From contig NC_086097.1 of the NCBI RefSeq assembly GCF_963921235.1, forward strand, positions 80,664,001-80,728,000: 64,000 bases of DNA, given 5' to 3'. Under the pieces are notes generated by a model that saw only the letters and a list, made by a program, of their open reading frames with translations, ran no database searches and was not told the origin of the DNA. The DNA comes from Mobula hypostoma (Eukaryota). How positions within the stretch are numbered: the stretch's first letter is position 1; each line of letters opens with the position of its first letter. Position numbers and translations under genes: made by a program. Below, piece after piece: positions 12,474 to 23,532 of the stretch.

Positions 12474-13362
12474 TATTTGTCAATGTGGAGCAGAGAGCAA
12501 GTCTGTAAAATTGGCTGGAGCGAAGGATGTTGGGAATGGTGAGAACGGAGTACAGCAGGGGGGTGTGGGATAAGTGGCAGAGAAGGAATGCCAGGACGGG
12601 GGTTAGTGTAGGTGCAGACACATCCAGCACTGAGACACCAAGCAAAGTCATTTGATTCTCAACAATTGGTTTATTGATCATTATGGGATGTCTCTCTAGT
12701 GCTTTCTACTCCCTCATGTCTCCGTTCCCCTTTTCCCAACCATGATTCTCCTCACCCTGCCCCCCTTCCAACTCTCAATCATAAAAGAGACCCATATCAG
12801 AATCAGGTTTATCATCAAAGGTTCAAAGGTTCATTTTGTTATCAAAGTATGTATGCAAAATACAACTCTGAGATTTGCCTTTTCTAGATAGCCACAGAAT
12901 ACAGAAAACAGAATACAGAATACAGAGGTAGTTCAAAGGAAAGACATCATTCCCCCCACCCCCCCCAACACATGAAAAGCTCACAAACCCCAATCCCCCT
13001 AAACCCTCCCTCACATAAAAACTAACAGATCACCCACATGGAGAAACAGCAACAAGAACATCAAACCCCAAAACCCCCAGCCCGCCACCCAGCAACAAGA
13101 AAGAATGTGCGAGACATGAAAACAAAACAGAACTGGAAGAGGCCAAGTGAACTACAGTTACTTTGAACTACAATCCAATCCATAAATCTCAGAATTTCTT
13201 TCTTTTTAAATCTTTGTACTGAATTAGTACACAAAAGGTAAACCATGTAGACACTAATACACCGTTGCAATATAAATTTACAAGAGATATTAATACACAA
13301 AAAAATTAGTACAAACAATGCAGTTTAGATATAAAATAACAAGGTAATATAATTAATATAAC

Positions 13363-13500
13363 TAGTCCTGGCGAGGGGTCTCGGCCTGGGGCGTCGACTG
13401 CGCCTCTTCCTGTGGAAGCTGCCTGGCCTGCTGCGTTCACCAGCAACTTTGATGTGTGTTGCTTGAATTTCCAGCATCTGCAGAATTCCTGTTGTTTGTG
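13363..13500 (+). mobile_element. Solo Penelope pLTR fragment in the L1 3' UTR, 13-bp TSD
   Basis: Aligns to 18034-18169; TSD aaggtaatataat at 13341-13353 and 13501-13513. Confidence 0.92.
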
Positions 13501-13742
13501 AAGGTAATATAATAGTATACTAATTTTCCATACATATCAATAAAGAGAGGAAAACCCCCCAGAAAAACCCCAAAAAAACCCCACCATGCAACTAATCTGA
13601 AAAGCAAAACAAAGCAATGGGCTAACTAGGTATCAAGTAGACTTAAACAACTTAAAACAATCACGTCCTCAAACCCGACCTCCATTAAAAACAGTTAAAA
13701 AACAAGAAGGGAATGTAAATATGTGGCAAAGAGAAAAAAAAA

Positions 13743-16700
13743 TTACATTAAATGAAAATGTTGAATAAAAGATCTACAGGTCTGTTCAAATTTAACTGAA
13801 GTATCATAAAGATTACTTCTGATTTTCTCCAAATTTAAACATAGTATCGTCTGAGAAAAACAAAAGAACGTAGTTGGGGCATTAATCTCCTTCCAATGTT
13901 GTAAGATACATCTTTTCACCATTAAAGTAAGGAATGCAATCAATCTATGGGCTGAAGGGGAAAGATTACTGGAAATTTTAGGTAATCCAAAGATAGCAGT
14001 AATAGGATGGGGAGAGATATCTATATTAAATACCTTTGAAATAATATTAAAAATGTCTTTCCAAAAAGTTTCCAAAGTAGGACAGGACCAAAACATACGA
14101 GTTAAGGAAGCTATCTCCCCATGACATCTGTCACAAAGAGGGTTAATATGAGAATAAAAAACGAACTAATTTATCTTTAGACATATGTGCTCTATAAACA
14201 ACTTTAAATTGAATTAGGGAATGTTTGGAACAGATAGAGGAAGTATTGACTAGTTGTAAAATATGCGCCCAGTCATCCGTCGAGATAATAAAGCCCAATT
14301 CCTTTTCCCAATCTGACCTAATCTTATCCAATGGAGCTTTCCTAAGTTTCATCATAGTATTATAAATAATAGCCGTTACACCTTTCTGACATGGGTTAAG
14401 GTTAATTATAGTATCTAAAATATATGTAGGAGGTAACGTCGGAAAGGAAGAGAGTATAGTACTTAGGAAATTTCTAACTTGGAGATATCTAAAAAAAAGT
14501 ATTCTTGGTAAGTTATATTTGTAAGATAGTTGTTCAAAAGACATAAGGGAGCCGTCTAAAAATAAATCCAAAAACCGTGATATACCATTAGTCTTCCAAA
14601 TTTGAAAGGCACGGTCCGTGGAAGAGGGGGGAAAGAATATGTTGCCTAAAATAGGAATGGCAAGCCCAAGTTGATTAAGATCGAAAAATTTTCTGAATTG
14701 AAACCAAATACGCAAGGTATATTTAACTATCGGGTTACAAACCTGTTCGTGGCGTTTCAAATCGAAAGGAAGAGAAGAACCTAAAATGGAGCCAAGTGCA
14801 TAACCTTGAGCAGATTGTAATTCCAATACTACCCATTTAGGAATGGATACTGTATCTTGGTCAAGTAACCAAAATTTCATGTGTCGAATATTAATTGCCC
14901 AATAATAGAATCTAAAATTAGGTAATGCCAAACCTCCATCTCTCTTAGCTTTCTGTAGATGTATTCTACCCAATCTCGGGTTTTTATTTTGCCAAATAAA
15001 TGAAGAAATTTTAGAGTCAACTTTGTCAAAAAAGGATTTTGGAACAAAAATCGGTAGTGCCTGAAATACATATAAAAATTTTGGCAGAATAAACATCTTA
15101 ACAGCATTAATACGACCAATCAAAGTTAAATAAAGTGGAGACCATTTAAATGAAAGTTGTGTAATGTGATCAATTAAGGGTAGGAAATTAGTCTTAAATA
15201 AATCCTTATGTTTACAGGTAATTTTAATCCCAAGATATGAAAAATGGTTATTAACCAATTTAAACAGGAGGTTCTGATATAAGGGAACTTGCTTATTAAT
15301 CGGGAAAAGTTCACTCTTACTGAGATTTAACTTATAACCTGAAAAAAGACTAAATTGTGCTAATAAATCTAAAGCAGCAGGAATAGATTTTTGAGGATTA
15401 GAAATATATAAAAGTAAGTCATCAGCATAAAGTGATACTTTATGAGACTTTAAACCACGAGTTATACCAATAATATTTGGAGATTCTCGAATAGCAATTG
15501 CAAGAGGTTCTAATGCAATATCAAATAATAAAGGACTAAGAGGACAACCTTGTCTGGTACCTCGAAAAAGAGGAAAAAAAGGTGAGTTTAAAGAGTTAGT
15601 ACGAACTGAGGCCATAGGAGAGTGATATAACAGTTTGATCCAGGATATAAATTTCGGGCTGAAATTAAACATTTCAAGCACCTTAAATAAGTAAGGCCAT
15701 TCAACTCTGTCGAAGCCTTTTTTAGCTTCTAAGGAAATGACGCATTCAGGATCATTTTGTGACGGGGTATAGACAATGTTTAACAGTGTACGAATATTAT
15801 AAAAAGAGTAACGACCTTTAATAAAACCCATTTGGTCTTCCGAAATAATATAAGGAAGTGCTTTTTCTAATCTGTTTGCTAATGATTTAGAAAAAATTTT
15901 AGAGTTAATAAGGATATTGGTCTATAAGATGCACATTGAGCAGAATCTTTATCCTTCTTTAATATTAAAGAGATCGATGCTCTATAAAAGGTTTCGGGAA
16001 GTTTACCAAGTTTTAATGAGGCCTCCAGAAACCTGAATAACCAAGGGATTGATGAGGATGCAAAAAATTTATAAAATTCCGCGGTAAACCCATCAGGACC
16101 AGGAGCTTTCCCCGGGTTCATAGAAAAAATAACATTCTTAATCTCATCAGTGGTAAAGGAAGTGTCTAACATAGAAGATATATCATGTGAAATCTTAGGG
16201 AAATCTAGGTTATCTAAAAAGTCATACATTTGATATAAGGAGGAATAAAAGTCAAAAAAGGATTGATTAACCTCAGTTTGATGAAATATCAGTTGATCTT
16301 TTTGATTATAAATCTGATTAATTGGAAATTTAGTATAGTTAGTCTTCAACTGATTAGCCAACAGTTTACCAACTTTGTCACTATGTATATAAAATTCGCT
16401 TCTTGTTTTCATTAATTGATTTGCAATAGAGGACGAAAGTAATAAACTGTGTTCCATTTGAAGTTCACTTCTTTGTTTATACAACTTCTCAGAGGGAGCT
16501 GTAGCATATTTCTTATCAATTTCCTTAATCTAGTCGCCAATAACCAGCTCCTCCTCCTTCAACCTCTTCCTCAAAGCAGCAGAATACGAGATGATCTGAC
16601 CACGAATATAAGCTTTAAAAGTATCCCAAAGAGTGTTCATGGATATATCCTCTGTACAGTTGATTGTAAAAAAGAGATCAATCTGTTCATTCAAAAAGTT

Positions 16701-16838
16701 AACAAAATCCGAGTCCTGAAGCAACAGCGAATTAAAACGCCATTGTCTATTATTTTGTGTATTGGCCAATATTTTAATAGAAAGCTTAAGTGGAGCATGA
16801 TCTAAAATGGCTTTAGAGTCATATTCACATTTAACCAC
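13743..16838 (-). pseudogene. L1 ORF2 (end of APE endonuclease, RT, C-terminal Cys motif), broken by a few stops and frameshifts
   Basis: DHAPL; KAPGPDGF; RGTRQGCPLSPLLF; LYADD; YLGI; CDRC..MFWSCP across ORFs 16530-16838, 15879-16484, 14143-15831 and 13743-14096. Confidence 0.93.
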
Positions 16839-16884
16839 GATAAATCTCAGAATTTCAATAGTATCTTTAAGAGTATTGGAGAGA

Positions 16885-17050
16885 TCTACCAGTGGCCCCT
16901 CTGAGGGAAGCGACTCAAATCTAGCGGCCTCTCCAAGAGTAACTCAAACCCAGAGGCCCCTCTGAGAAGAGCAACTTGAACCCAGCAGCCCCTTCAAGAG
17001 TGAGACTGCATGCCCTCCTCTGCATTTGCCTTGATGTTTCAATCTTCCTT
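16885..17050. repeat. Degenerate ~30-bp minisatellite inside a dispersed repeat
   Basis: Units like ccagtggcccctctgagggaagcgactcaaa, then cctctgcatttgccttgatgtttcaat; second copy at 53335-53620. Confidence 0.7.
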
Positions 17051-17264
17051 GATGTATGTCTTGAAATTTGTTTTTTGTAGCAGCAGTACTTAAAATTACT
17101 ACAGTACTGTGCAAAAGAGGTACCATAGCTGTATATGTGTGCCTAAGACTTTCATAAGTAATAAGAAAATACTTCTATTATTATATTCAATAATGAAGAT
17201 CAGTGTGTCCACCTTCAGCATTGCATGAACCTAAACAGCCTCTGACATGAACTCTATAGACAGC

Positions 17265-17741
17265 TCCCTACGCAACTCCCTTGTCCATTTGTCCCCCCCA
17301 TCCCTCCCCACTGATCTCCCTCCTGGCATTTATCCATGTAAGCGGAACAAGTGCTGCACATGCCCTTACACTTCCTCCCTTACCACCATTCAGGGCCCCA
17401 AACAGTCCTTCCAGGTGAGGCAACACTTCACCTGTGAGTCGACTGGGGTGATATACTGCGTCCGGTGCTCCCGATGTGGCCTTTTATATATTGGCGAGAC
17501 CCGACGCAGACTGGGAGACCGCTTTGCTGAACATCTACGCTCTGTCCGCCAGAGAAAGCAGGATCTCCCAGTGGCCACACATTTTAATTCCACATCCCAT
17601 TCCCATTCTGACATGTCTATCCACGGTCTCCTCTACTGTAAAGATGAAGCCACACTCAGGTTGGAGGAACAACATCTTATATTCCGTCTGGGTAGCCTAC
17701 AACCTGATGGCATGAACATCGACTTCTCTAACTTCCGCTAA
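17265..17741 (+). pseudogene. Penelope GIY-YIG endonuclease domain (5'-truncated ORF)
   Basis: CKRNKCCTC...GVIYCVRCSRCGLLYIGETRRRLGDRFAEH...LEEQHLIFRLGSLQPDGMN; the ATG at 17247 appears to lie in flanking DNA. Confidence 0.9.
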
Positions 17742-18034
17742 GGCCCCACCTCCCCCTCGTACCCCATCTGTTACTTATTTTTATGCACACATTCTTTCTC
17801 TCACTCTCCTTTTTCTCCCTCTGTCCCTCTGAATATACCTCTTGCCCGTCCTCTGGGTTCCCCCCCCCCGTCTTTCTTCCCAGACCTCCTGTCCCATGAT
17901 CCTCTCGTATCCCCTTTTGCCTATCACCTGTCCAGCTCTTGGCTCCATCCCTCCCCCTCCTGTCTTCTCCTATCATTTTGGATCTCCCCCTCCCCCTCCC
18001 ACTTTCAAATCCCTTACTCACTCTTCTTTCAGTT

Positions 18035-18070
18035 AGTCCTGGCGAAGGGTCTCGGCCTGAAACGTCGACT
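18035..18070 (+). ncRNA. Minimal type I hammerhead ribozyme motif (A6>G variant)
   Basis: agtc CTGGCGA agggtctcggcct GAAA cg TC gact. Confidence 0.75.
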
Positions 18071-18339
18071 GCACCTCTTCCTACAGATGCTGCCTGGCCT
18101 GCTGCGTTCACCAGCAACTTTGGTGTGTGTTGCTTGAATTTCCAGCATCTGCAGAATTCCTGTTGTTTGAGTTCCTCCAGCATTCTGTGTGTGTTGCTTT
18201 CCTGTCTCTTTCCAGTTAACGTACTTTTGTTTCCTGTGAAACCCCCTTTTTCCGAGTGTCTCTTTAGATACAGCTTGATACCTACTTGTTAACAGCTGCC
18301 TGACTCAGCATTGAGAAAAACACCTTTTCAGGCTCTGTA

Positions 18340-18982
18340 TGTCAAGGGTAGATATGATGTGGGTCCCGTCAAACCCGGAGGTTAAAATATCTCACCCACC
18401 TAAACCCCGATCTGTGTGAATACTGTGTAACTACTGCTCCCATGCTATCATCCATTGGCAAGAAATAACAAACAATACACTACATACAATTATAAAGAAA
18501 GTATATTTATGAATATTAACTTAATCAAACCGTTATTGAAGAAAACAAAAGGGCCCATGGTGATTAAAACAGTCAAATGTGCACAGGTTGGAGCTCAAAC
18601 TTCCGATGTGCTCATGGCGTCAACTCCTATTCACTGATCACTGGTAGGATTTCCCTCTTGCGCTCCATCAAATTGCACATTCCCGTCAGATCGAATCCCT
18701 CGACTGTTTCTTTCGAGCTTCTTCTCTCTACATCACCAACCAAAAAAGACCTCGACCCACCTCAGTGTCCATCACAAAACCTCTCTGCCCAGCGTTCTCT
18801 AGATCCTTCTCCCAGTTCCACCATCCTGAATGGATAGCACAACATTCTTAAGCATGAACATCACAACCCCATATCTTTAATGGTAACCTAAACACCACCA
18901 GCAGAACACACTGCTTCTACAGAAAACGATTAAATGAAATATCCTACAACATTAGCAGTAAAATCTTAACCAGGGTGTTACA
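18340..18982 (-). mobile_element. Solo LTR-like element
   Basis: TGT...ACA termini; flanks tctgta and tctgtg may be an imperfect TSD; related to 2569-3185. Confidence 0.6.
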
Positions 18983-19599
18983 TCTGTGTTAAACTGGAGA
19001 GGGTCAGAAAACTTAACTGCTCTTGGATATGGCACTTTAGTTAGAGTGCAATTTAAATCTATAAGAGCTTTTTACAAATTGCCAAGTTTGCCATCAACTT
19101 GCTTACTCTATTAATGAATTTGATTTGATTTGTACACTTGGTCCTAAAGTTACTCTACTATTTTGGACAGAGCTGTTCTGAACCCTACAGGCCTGATGTA
19201 GAGGGATGATGGCAGTGAAGCAGCAGGTGTGACCAGACTCGAAATGCTGAAGCCTCGTCCCCAAAACACTGACTGCTTTTATGCGACACATGGCTTTGTC
19301 TCTTATCAAAGCCTGAGGGGCTTTCTCTTTATAGCATTTATATAAGACCATAAGACTTGGGAACAGAATTAGGCTTTTCATCCCACTGAGGCTTCTCTGC
19401 TATTTTGTCTGCAATTTCTATAGATATTATATATATATATATATATATATAAATCAAACAATAAATTGGGATAAAATTAAAATCAATTCAATTTAAAAAC
19501 ACATTAAAACATTTTCAAATCAATTGAACTAGTAAACAAAATAATTAAACAAAACATATTCACCTTTTTAATTCTGCAGGCTGAGACAAACTGGGGATG

Positions 19600-19950
19600 T
19601 TTTTTCTGGAGCACCAGAGGCTGAGGGGTGAGCAGATATAAATATATAAGATAATTAGAATCATAGATAGGTGAGATAATCAGTGTAATCTTCCCAGAGT
19701 GAATTCTAGTGGGAAGAGGTTTAAGGAGAGAGAGAGAGAGGGAAGTGGGAAAGTGGGATGGAGATTTGCAAGCAAGTTTTTTTAAGCATAAAACTGTAGG
19801 TGCGTGGGACATGCTGCTGGGGGAGGTGATAGAAACAGGTACTATAGCAACAGTCAATGAGCAGGCAGAGAATAGAGGGATATGAACCAGGAGTGGTCGG
19901 ATGGGACAGGTTTAGATTGGCATCATGGTTGGCACTGACATGGGACACAA
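19600..19950 (+). mobile_element. Old CR1 3' fragment
   Basis: Decayed LGXFSLE.RRLRG...FF...W..L region. Confidence 0.6.
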
Positions 19951-20138
19951 AGAGACTGTTCCGATAAATTCTTCAGGTATTTTTTCAGGATCTTGGTATC
20001 CTTCGAGAAACCCTCTTAAAAGGGTGGACGGAAAAACCAGGAAACCTAACAACAAGAAGCACCTGTCAGTACCCTCTTTCTTCCCGATATTTCTGCGGTT
20101 TCTGGAAGGATCCTGAAGAAATACTGGAATAATACTGG

Positions 20139-21942
20139 AATGTAGGTCCCCTGCAGACAGAAACAGGTGAATTGATTATGGGGAGCAAGGACATGGCAGA
20201 CCAATTGAATAATTACTTTGGTTCTGTCTTCACTAAGGAGGACATAAATAATCTTCCAGAAATAGTAAGGGACAGAGGGTCCAGTGAGATGGAGGAACTG
20301 AGCGAAATACATGTTAGTAGGGAAGTGGTGTTAGGTAAATTGAAGGGATTGAAGGCAGATAAATCCCCAGGGCCAGATGGTCTGCATCCCAGAGTGCTTA
20401 AGGAAGTAGCCCAAGAAATAGTGGATGCATTAGTGATAATTTTTCAAAACTCGTTAGATTCTGGACTAGTTCCTGAGGATTGGAGGGTGGCTAATGTAAC
20501 CCCACTTTTTAAAAAAGGAGGGAGAGAGAAACCGGGGAATTATAGGCCGGTTAGCCTAACGTCGGTGGTGGGGAAACTGCTGGAGTCAGTTATCAAGGAT
20601 GTGATAACAGCACATTTGGAAAGCGGTGAAATGATCGGACAAAGTCAGCATGGATTTGTGAAAGGAAAATCATGTCTGACGAATCTCATAGAATTTTTTG
20701 AGGATGTAACTAATAGAGTGGATAGGGGAGAACCAGTGGATGTGGTATATTTGGATTTTCAAAAGGCTTTTGACAAGGTCCCACACAGGAGATTAGTGTG
20801 CAAACTTAAAGCACACGGTATTGGGGGTAAGGTATTGGTGTGGGTGGAGAATTGGTTAGCAGACAGGAAGCAAAGAGTGGGAATAAACGGGACCTTTTCA
20901 GAATGGCAGGCGGTGACTAGTGGGGTACCGCAAGGCTCAGTGCTGGGACCCCAGTTGTTTACAATATATATTAATGACTTGGATGAGGGAATTAAATGCA
21001 GCATCTCCAAGTTTGCGGATGACACGAAGCTGGGTGGCAGTGTTAGCAGTGAGGAGGATGCTAAGAGGATGCAGGGTGACTTGGATAGGTTGGGTGAGTG
21101 GGCAAATTCATGGCAGATGCAATTTAATGTGGATAAATGTGAAGTTATCCACTTTGGTGGCAAAAATAGGAAAACAGATTATTATCTGAATGGTGGCCGA
21201 TTAGGAAAAGGGGAGGTGCAACGAGACCTGGGTGTCATTATACACCAGTCATTGAAAGTGGGCATGCAGGTACAGCAGGCAGTGAAAAAGGCGAACGGTA
21301 TGCTGGCATTTATAGCGAGAGGATTCGAGTACAGGAGCAGGGAGGTACTACTGCAGTTGTACAAGGCCTTGGTGAGACCACACCTGGAGTATTGTGTGCA
21401 GTTTTGGTCCCCTAATCTGAGGAAAGACATCTTTGCCATAGAGGGAGTACAAAGAAGGTTCACCAGATTGATTCCTGGGATGGCAGGTCTTTCATATGAA
21501 GAAAGACTGGATGAACTGGGCTTGTACTCATTGGAATTTAGAAGATTGAGGGGGGATCTGATTGAAACGTATAAGATCCTAAAGGGATTGGACAGGCTAG
21601 ATGCGGGAAGATTGTTCCCGATGTTGGGGAGGTCCAGAACGAGGGGTCACAGTTTGAGGATAGAGGGGAAGCCTTTTAGGACCGAGATTAGGAAAAACTT
21701 CTTCACACAGAGAGTGGTGAATCTGTGGAATTCTCTGCCACAGCAAACTGTTGAGGCCGGTTCATTGGCTGTGTTTAAGAGGAAGTTAGATATGGCCCTT
21801 GTGGCTACAGGGGTCAGGGGGTATGGAGGGAAGGCTGGGTTCTGAGTTGGATGATCAGCCATGATCATAATAAATGGCGGTGCAGGCTCGAAGGGCCGAA
21901 TGGCCTACTCCTGCACCTATTTTCTATGTTTCTATGTTTCTA
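20139..21942 (+). mobile_element. CR1 LINE, 5'-truncated, very young
   Basis: Uninterrupted RT frame; (TTTCTATG)n tail. Confidence 0.97.
20172..21845 (+). CDS. CR1 ORF2 reverse transcriptase and C-terminus (557 aa open frame, no endonuclease; expression unlikely)
   Basis: [49 protein letters not shown]. Confidence 0.8.
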   Translation: MIMGSKDMADQLNNYFGSVFTKEDINNLPEIVRDRGSSEMEELSEIHVSREVVLGKLKGLKADKSPGPDGLHPRVLKEVAQEIVDALVIIFQNSLDSGLVPEDWRVANVTPLFKKGGREKPGNYRPVSLTSVVGKLLESVIKDVITAHLESGEMIGQSQHGFVKGKSCLTNLIEFFEDVTNRVDRGEPVDVVYLDFQKAFDKVPHRRLVCKLKAHGIGGKVLVWVENWLADRKQRVGINGTFSEWQAVTSGVPQGSVLGPQLFTIYINDLDEGIKCSISKFADDTKLGGSVSSEEDAKRMQGDLDRLGEWANSWQMQFNVDKCEVIHFGGKNRKTDYYLNGGRLGKGEVQRDLGVIIHQSLKVGMQVQQAVKKANGMLAFIARGFEYRSREVLLQLYKALVRPHLEYCVQFWSPNLRKDIFAIEGVQRRFTRLIPGMAGLSYEERLDELGLYSLEFRRLRGDLIETYKILKGLDRLDAGRLFPMLGRSRTRGHSLRIEGKPFRTEIRKNFFTQRVVNLWNSLPQQTVEAGSLAVFKRKLDMALVATGVRGYGGKAGF

Positions 21943-22574
21943 TTAATACCATCCACAAGCTTGTAAGGAAGCTCAAGTAACAGCTTATGCCGGTCAAAGT
22001 AGTCTGAGAAATCGGCGGTAGCAGAACACAGCATTCGCAATGGCCACAGGATTGGCTTCGGTGGCTCAAAACTATTGTGCCATGCCTATGGCTTTTGGGG
22101 GCACCTGGCGAAGGAAGCCATTGAAATAAAACTAGAGGAAAAGAATTTTAACAAAGACAAAGGCCTCACTCTAGGTAAGAACTGGAATTCGATTGTAATA
22201 CAGTTGGGGAGCAGAAACCTGTTCGGATGAGGACTAACCAATCAGGAGGGACGGACTATGGGTGTATAAATACCACTGGACTAGACACACCTAAGCATAA
22301 TCCCTGGAGATGGTAGCAGGATTTGTCATCGAAACATTACTTATAATCGACACCTGTACCAGGCTGGAAGCCCGAGAAGAGAATATTCATCATATATGCC
22401 AGGAAAGCACTAGATCATTTTTTAGACTGTTCCTATATTGTATTGCTCTATGTTTTAGCTGGATATCACAGAACAGAATGACAGTTTCAATGACAACTCC
22501 CACTAAGCAATCCCAAATTTACAACAGTTCTGCGCAAATTCAGGACTAACTTGCACACCAAAATCTGGCAGCTC

Positions 22575-23015
22575 CTAGATACACTACATTTGGTCCCCTC
22601 TTCCAGATCATTAATGTATATATTGAACAGTTGCAGGCCAAGCATTGACCCCTGTGGCATACCACACACCATTGATTGCCAAGCAGAGTAACATCCATGT
22701 ATCCCAACTCTCCGCTTTCTATTAGTTAGCCAATCCTCTATCCATGCTAATACATCAACCCCTACTCTATGTATCCTTATCTTCTGGATGTCTTTTATGC
22801 GGCACCTTATCAAATGCCTTCTGGAAATCCAAGTAAATAACATCCATCTATTCCCCTTTATACACCTTGCTCATTATATCCTCAAAGAATATAAGGTGCG
22901 TCAGCGAGTAGGAGATGTTATTTCTAATCTGCACAGACTGTGGTCTCCCAGTGAGGAAGTCAAGGATCCAGTTGCAGAGGGAGGCACAGAGGCCAAAGAT
23001 TAGAACTTGTTGCGT
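22575..23015 (-). mobile_element. Adjacent CR1 RT fragment (22575-22895) and Rex1 RT fragment (22905-23015)
   Basis: WIEDWLTNRKRRV...[27 protein letters not shown]. Confidence 0.8.
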
Positions 23016-23264
23016 AGAATTATTATTCCACACTCAAGCCTTTATCAACCTTTTACATCAGAACACTTGACAAAAGGGTGAAAGACATCTCCCATGATAT
23101 CAGCCTCTAACATGAGTAAGAATGACAAAAGTGGGGTGCTTGCTGAGTTTATCTTTCAATAACCCTCCTCACTTTGATTTTGCATTCAAAGACTTGATTT
23201 GGAAAGGCATTGAAAAAGTCCAGCATTTGGGAGTTTCTGGTTGTAGCTCAGCTTACAAGCAGAG

Positions 23265-23532
23265 CATAATCTAATGGAGCAGCTGCCTCACAGTGACACA
23301 ATCTAGGTTCAGTCCTAACCCTAGTGCTAAGTGTTTATAATTTACTGTGGCTCCATGGGTTTTCTCCATGAGTGTTCTGATTTTCTAAAGGTGCTGGCAG
23401 GTTAAATAGCAACTGTAAATTCCCCTTGTTGATGGGAATGTTGGGAGAATGAAAATGGATGCTGAGGATTAGTGCAAGTGGTTGATGCAGACTCAGGAGA
23501 CTGAAGGCTAGTTTCTGTGTTGTATGACCCTA
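23265..23532 (+). mobile_element. HE1-like V-SINE, decayed
   Basis: tRNA-like head (gctgcctcacag...ggttcagtcc), V-domain-like tgggttttctcc...ggttaa..g..actgtaaattcccc, CR1-type tail. Confidence 0.6.

Larger units (their letters stand above)
13199..16839 (-). mobile_element. L1-clade LINE, 5'-truncated, 17-bp TSD
   Basis: TSD ataaatctcagaatttc at 13182-13198 and 16840-16856; A-rich 3' end. Confidence 0.95.
17265..18169 (+). mobile_element. Penelope-like element, 5'-truncated, young
   Basis: Uninterrupted GIY-YIG frame, CT-rich 3' UTR and pLTR. Confidence 0.93.
19960..22420 (+). mobile_element. Second Penelope family, decayed, split by the CR1 at 20139-21942
   Basis: RILKKY(W)|INTIHK rejoins across the CR1; KEAIEIKLEEKNFNKDKGLTL GIY-YIG tail; decayed hammerhead-like ccctggagatgg...gtcatcGAAAca at 22302-22336. 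Confidence 0.75.

Noticed and set aside
19427..19451. Short (TA)n tract
   Set aside because: Ordinary microsatellite
20759..21868. Recurrent minus-strand ORFs (MPPKWITSH..., MNLLCTPSM...) also seen at 7 kb and 52 kb
   Set aside because: Antisense shadows of CR1 ORF2, repeated only because the element is repeated
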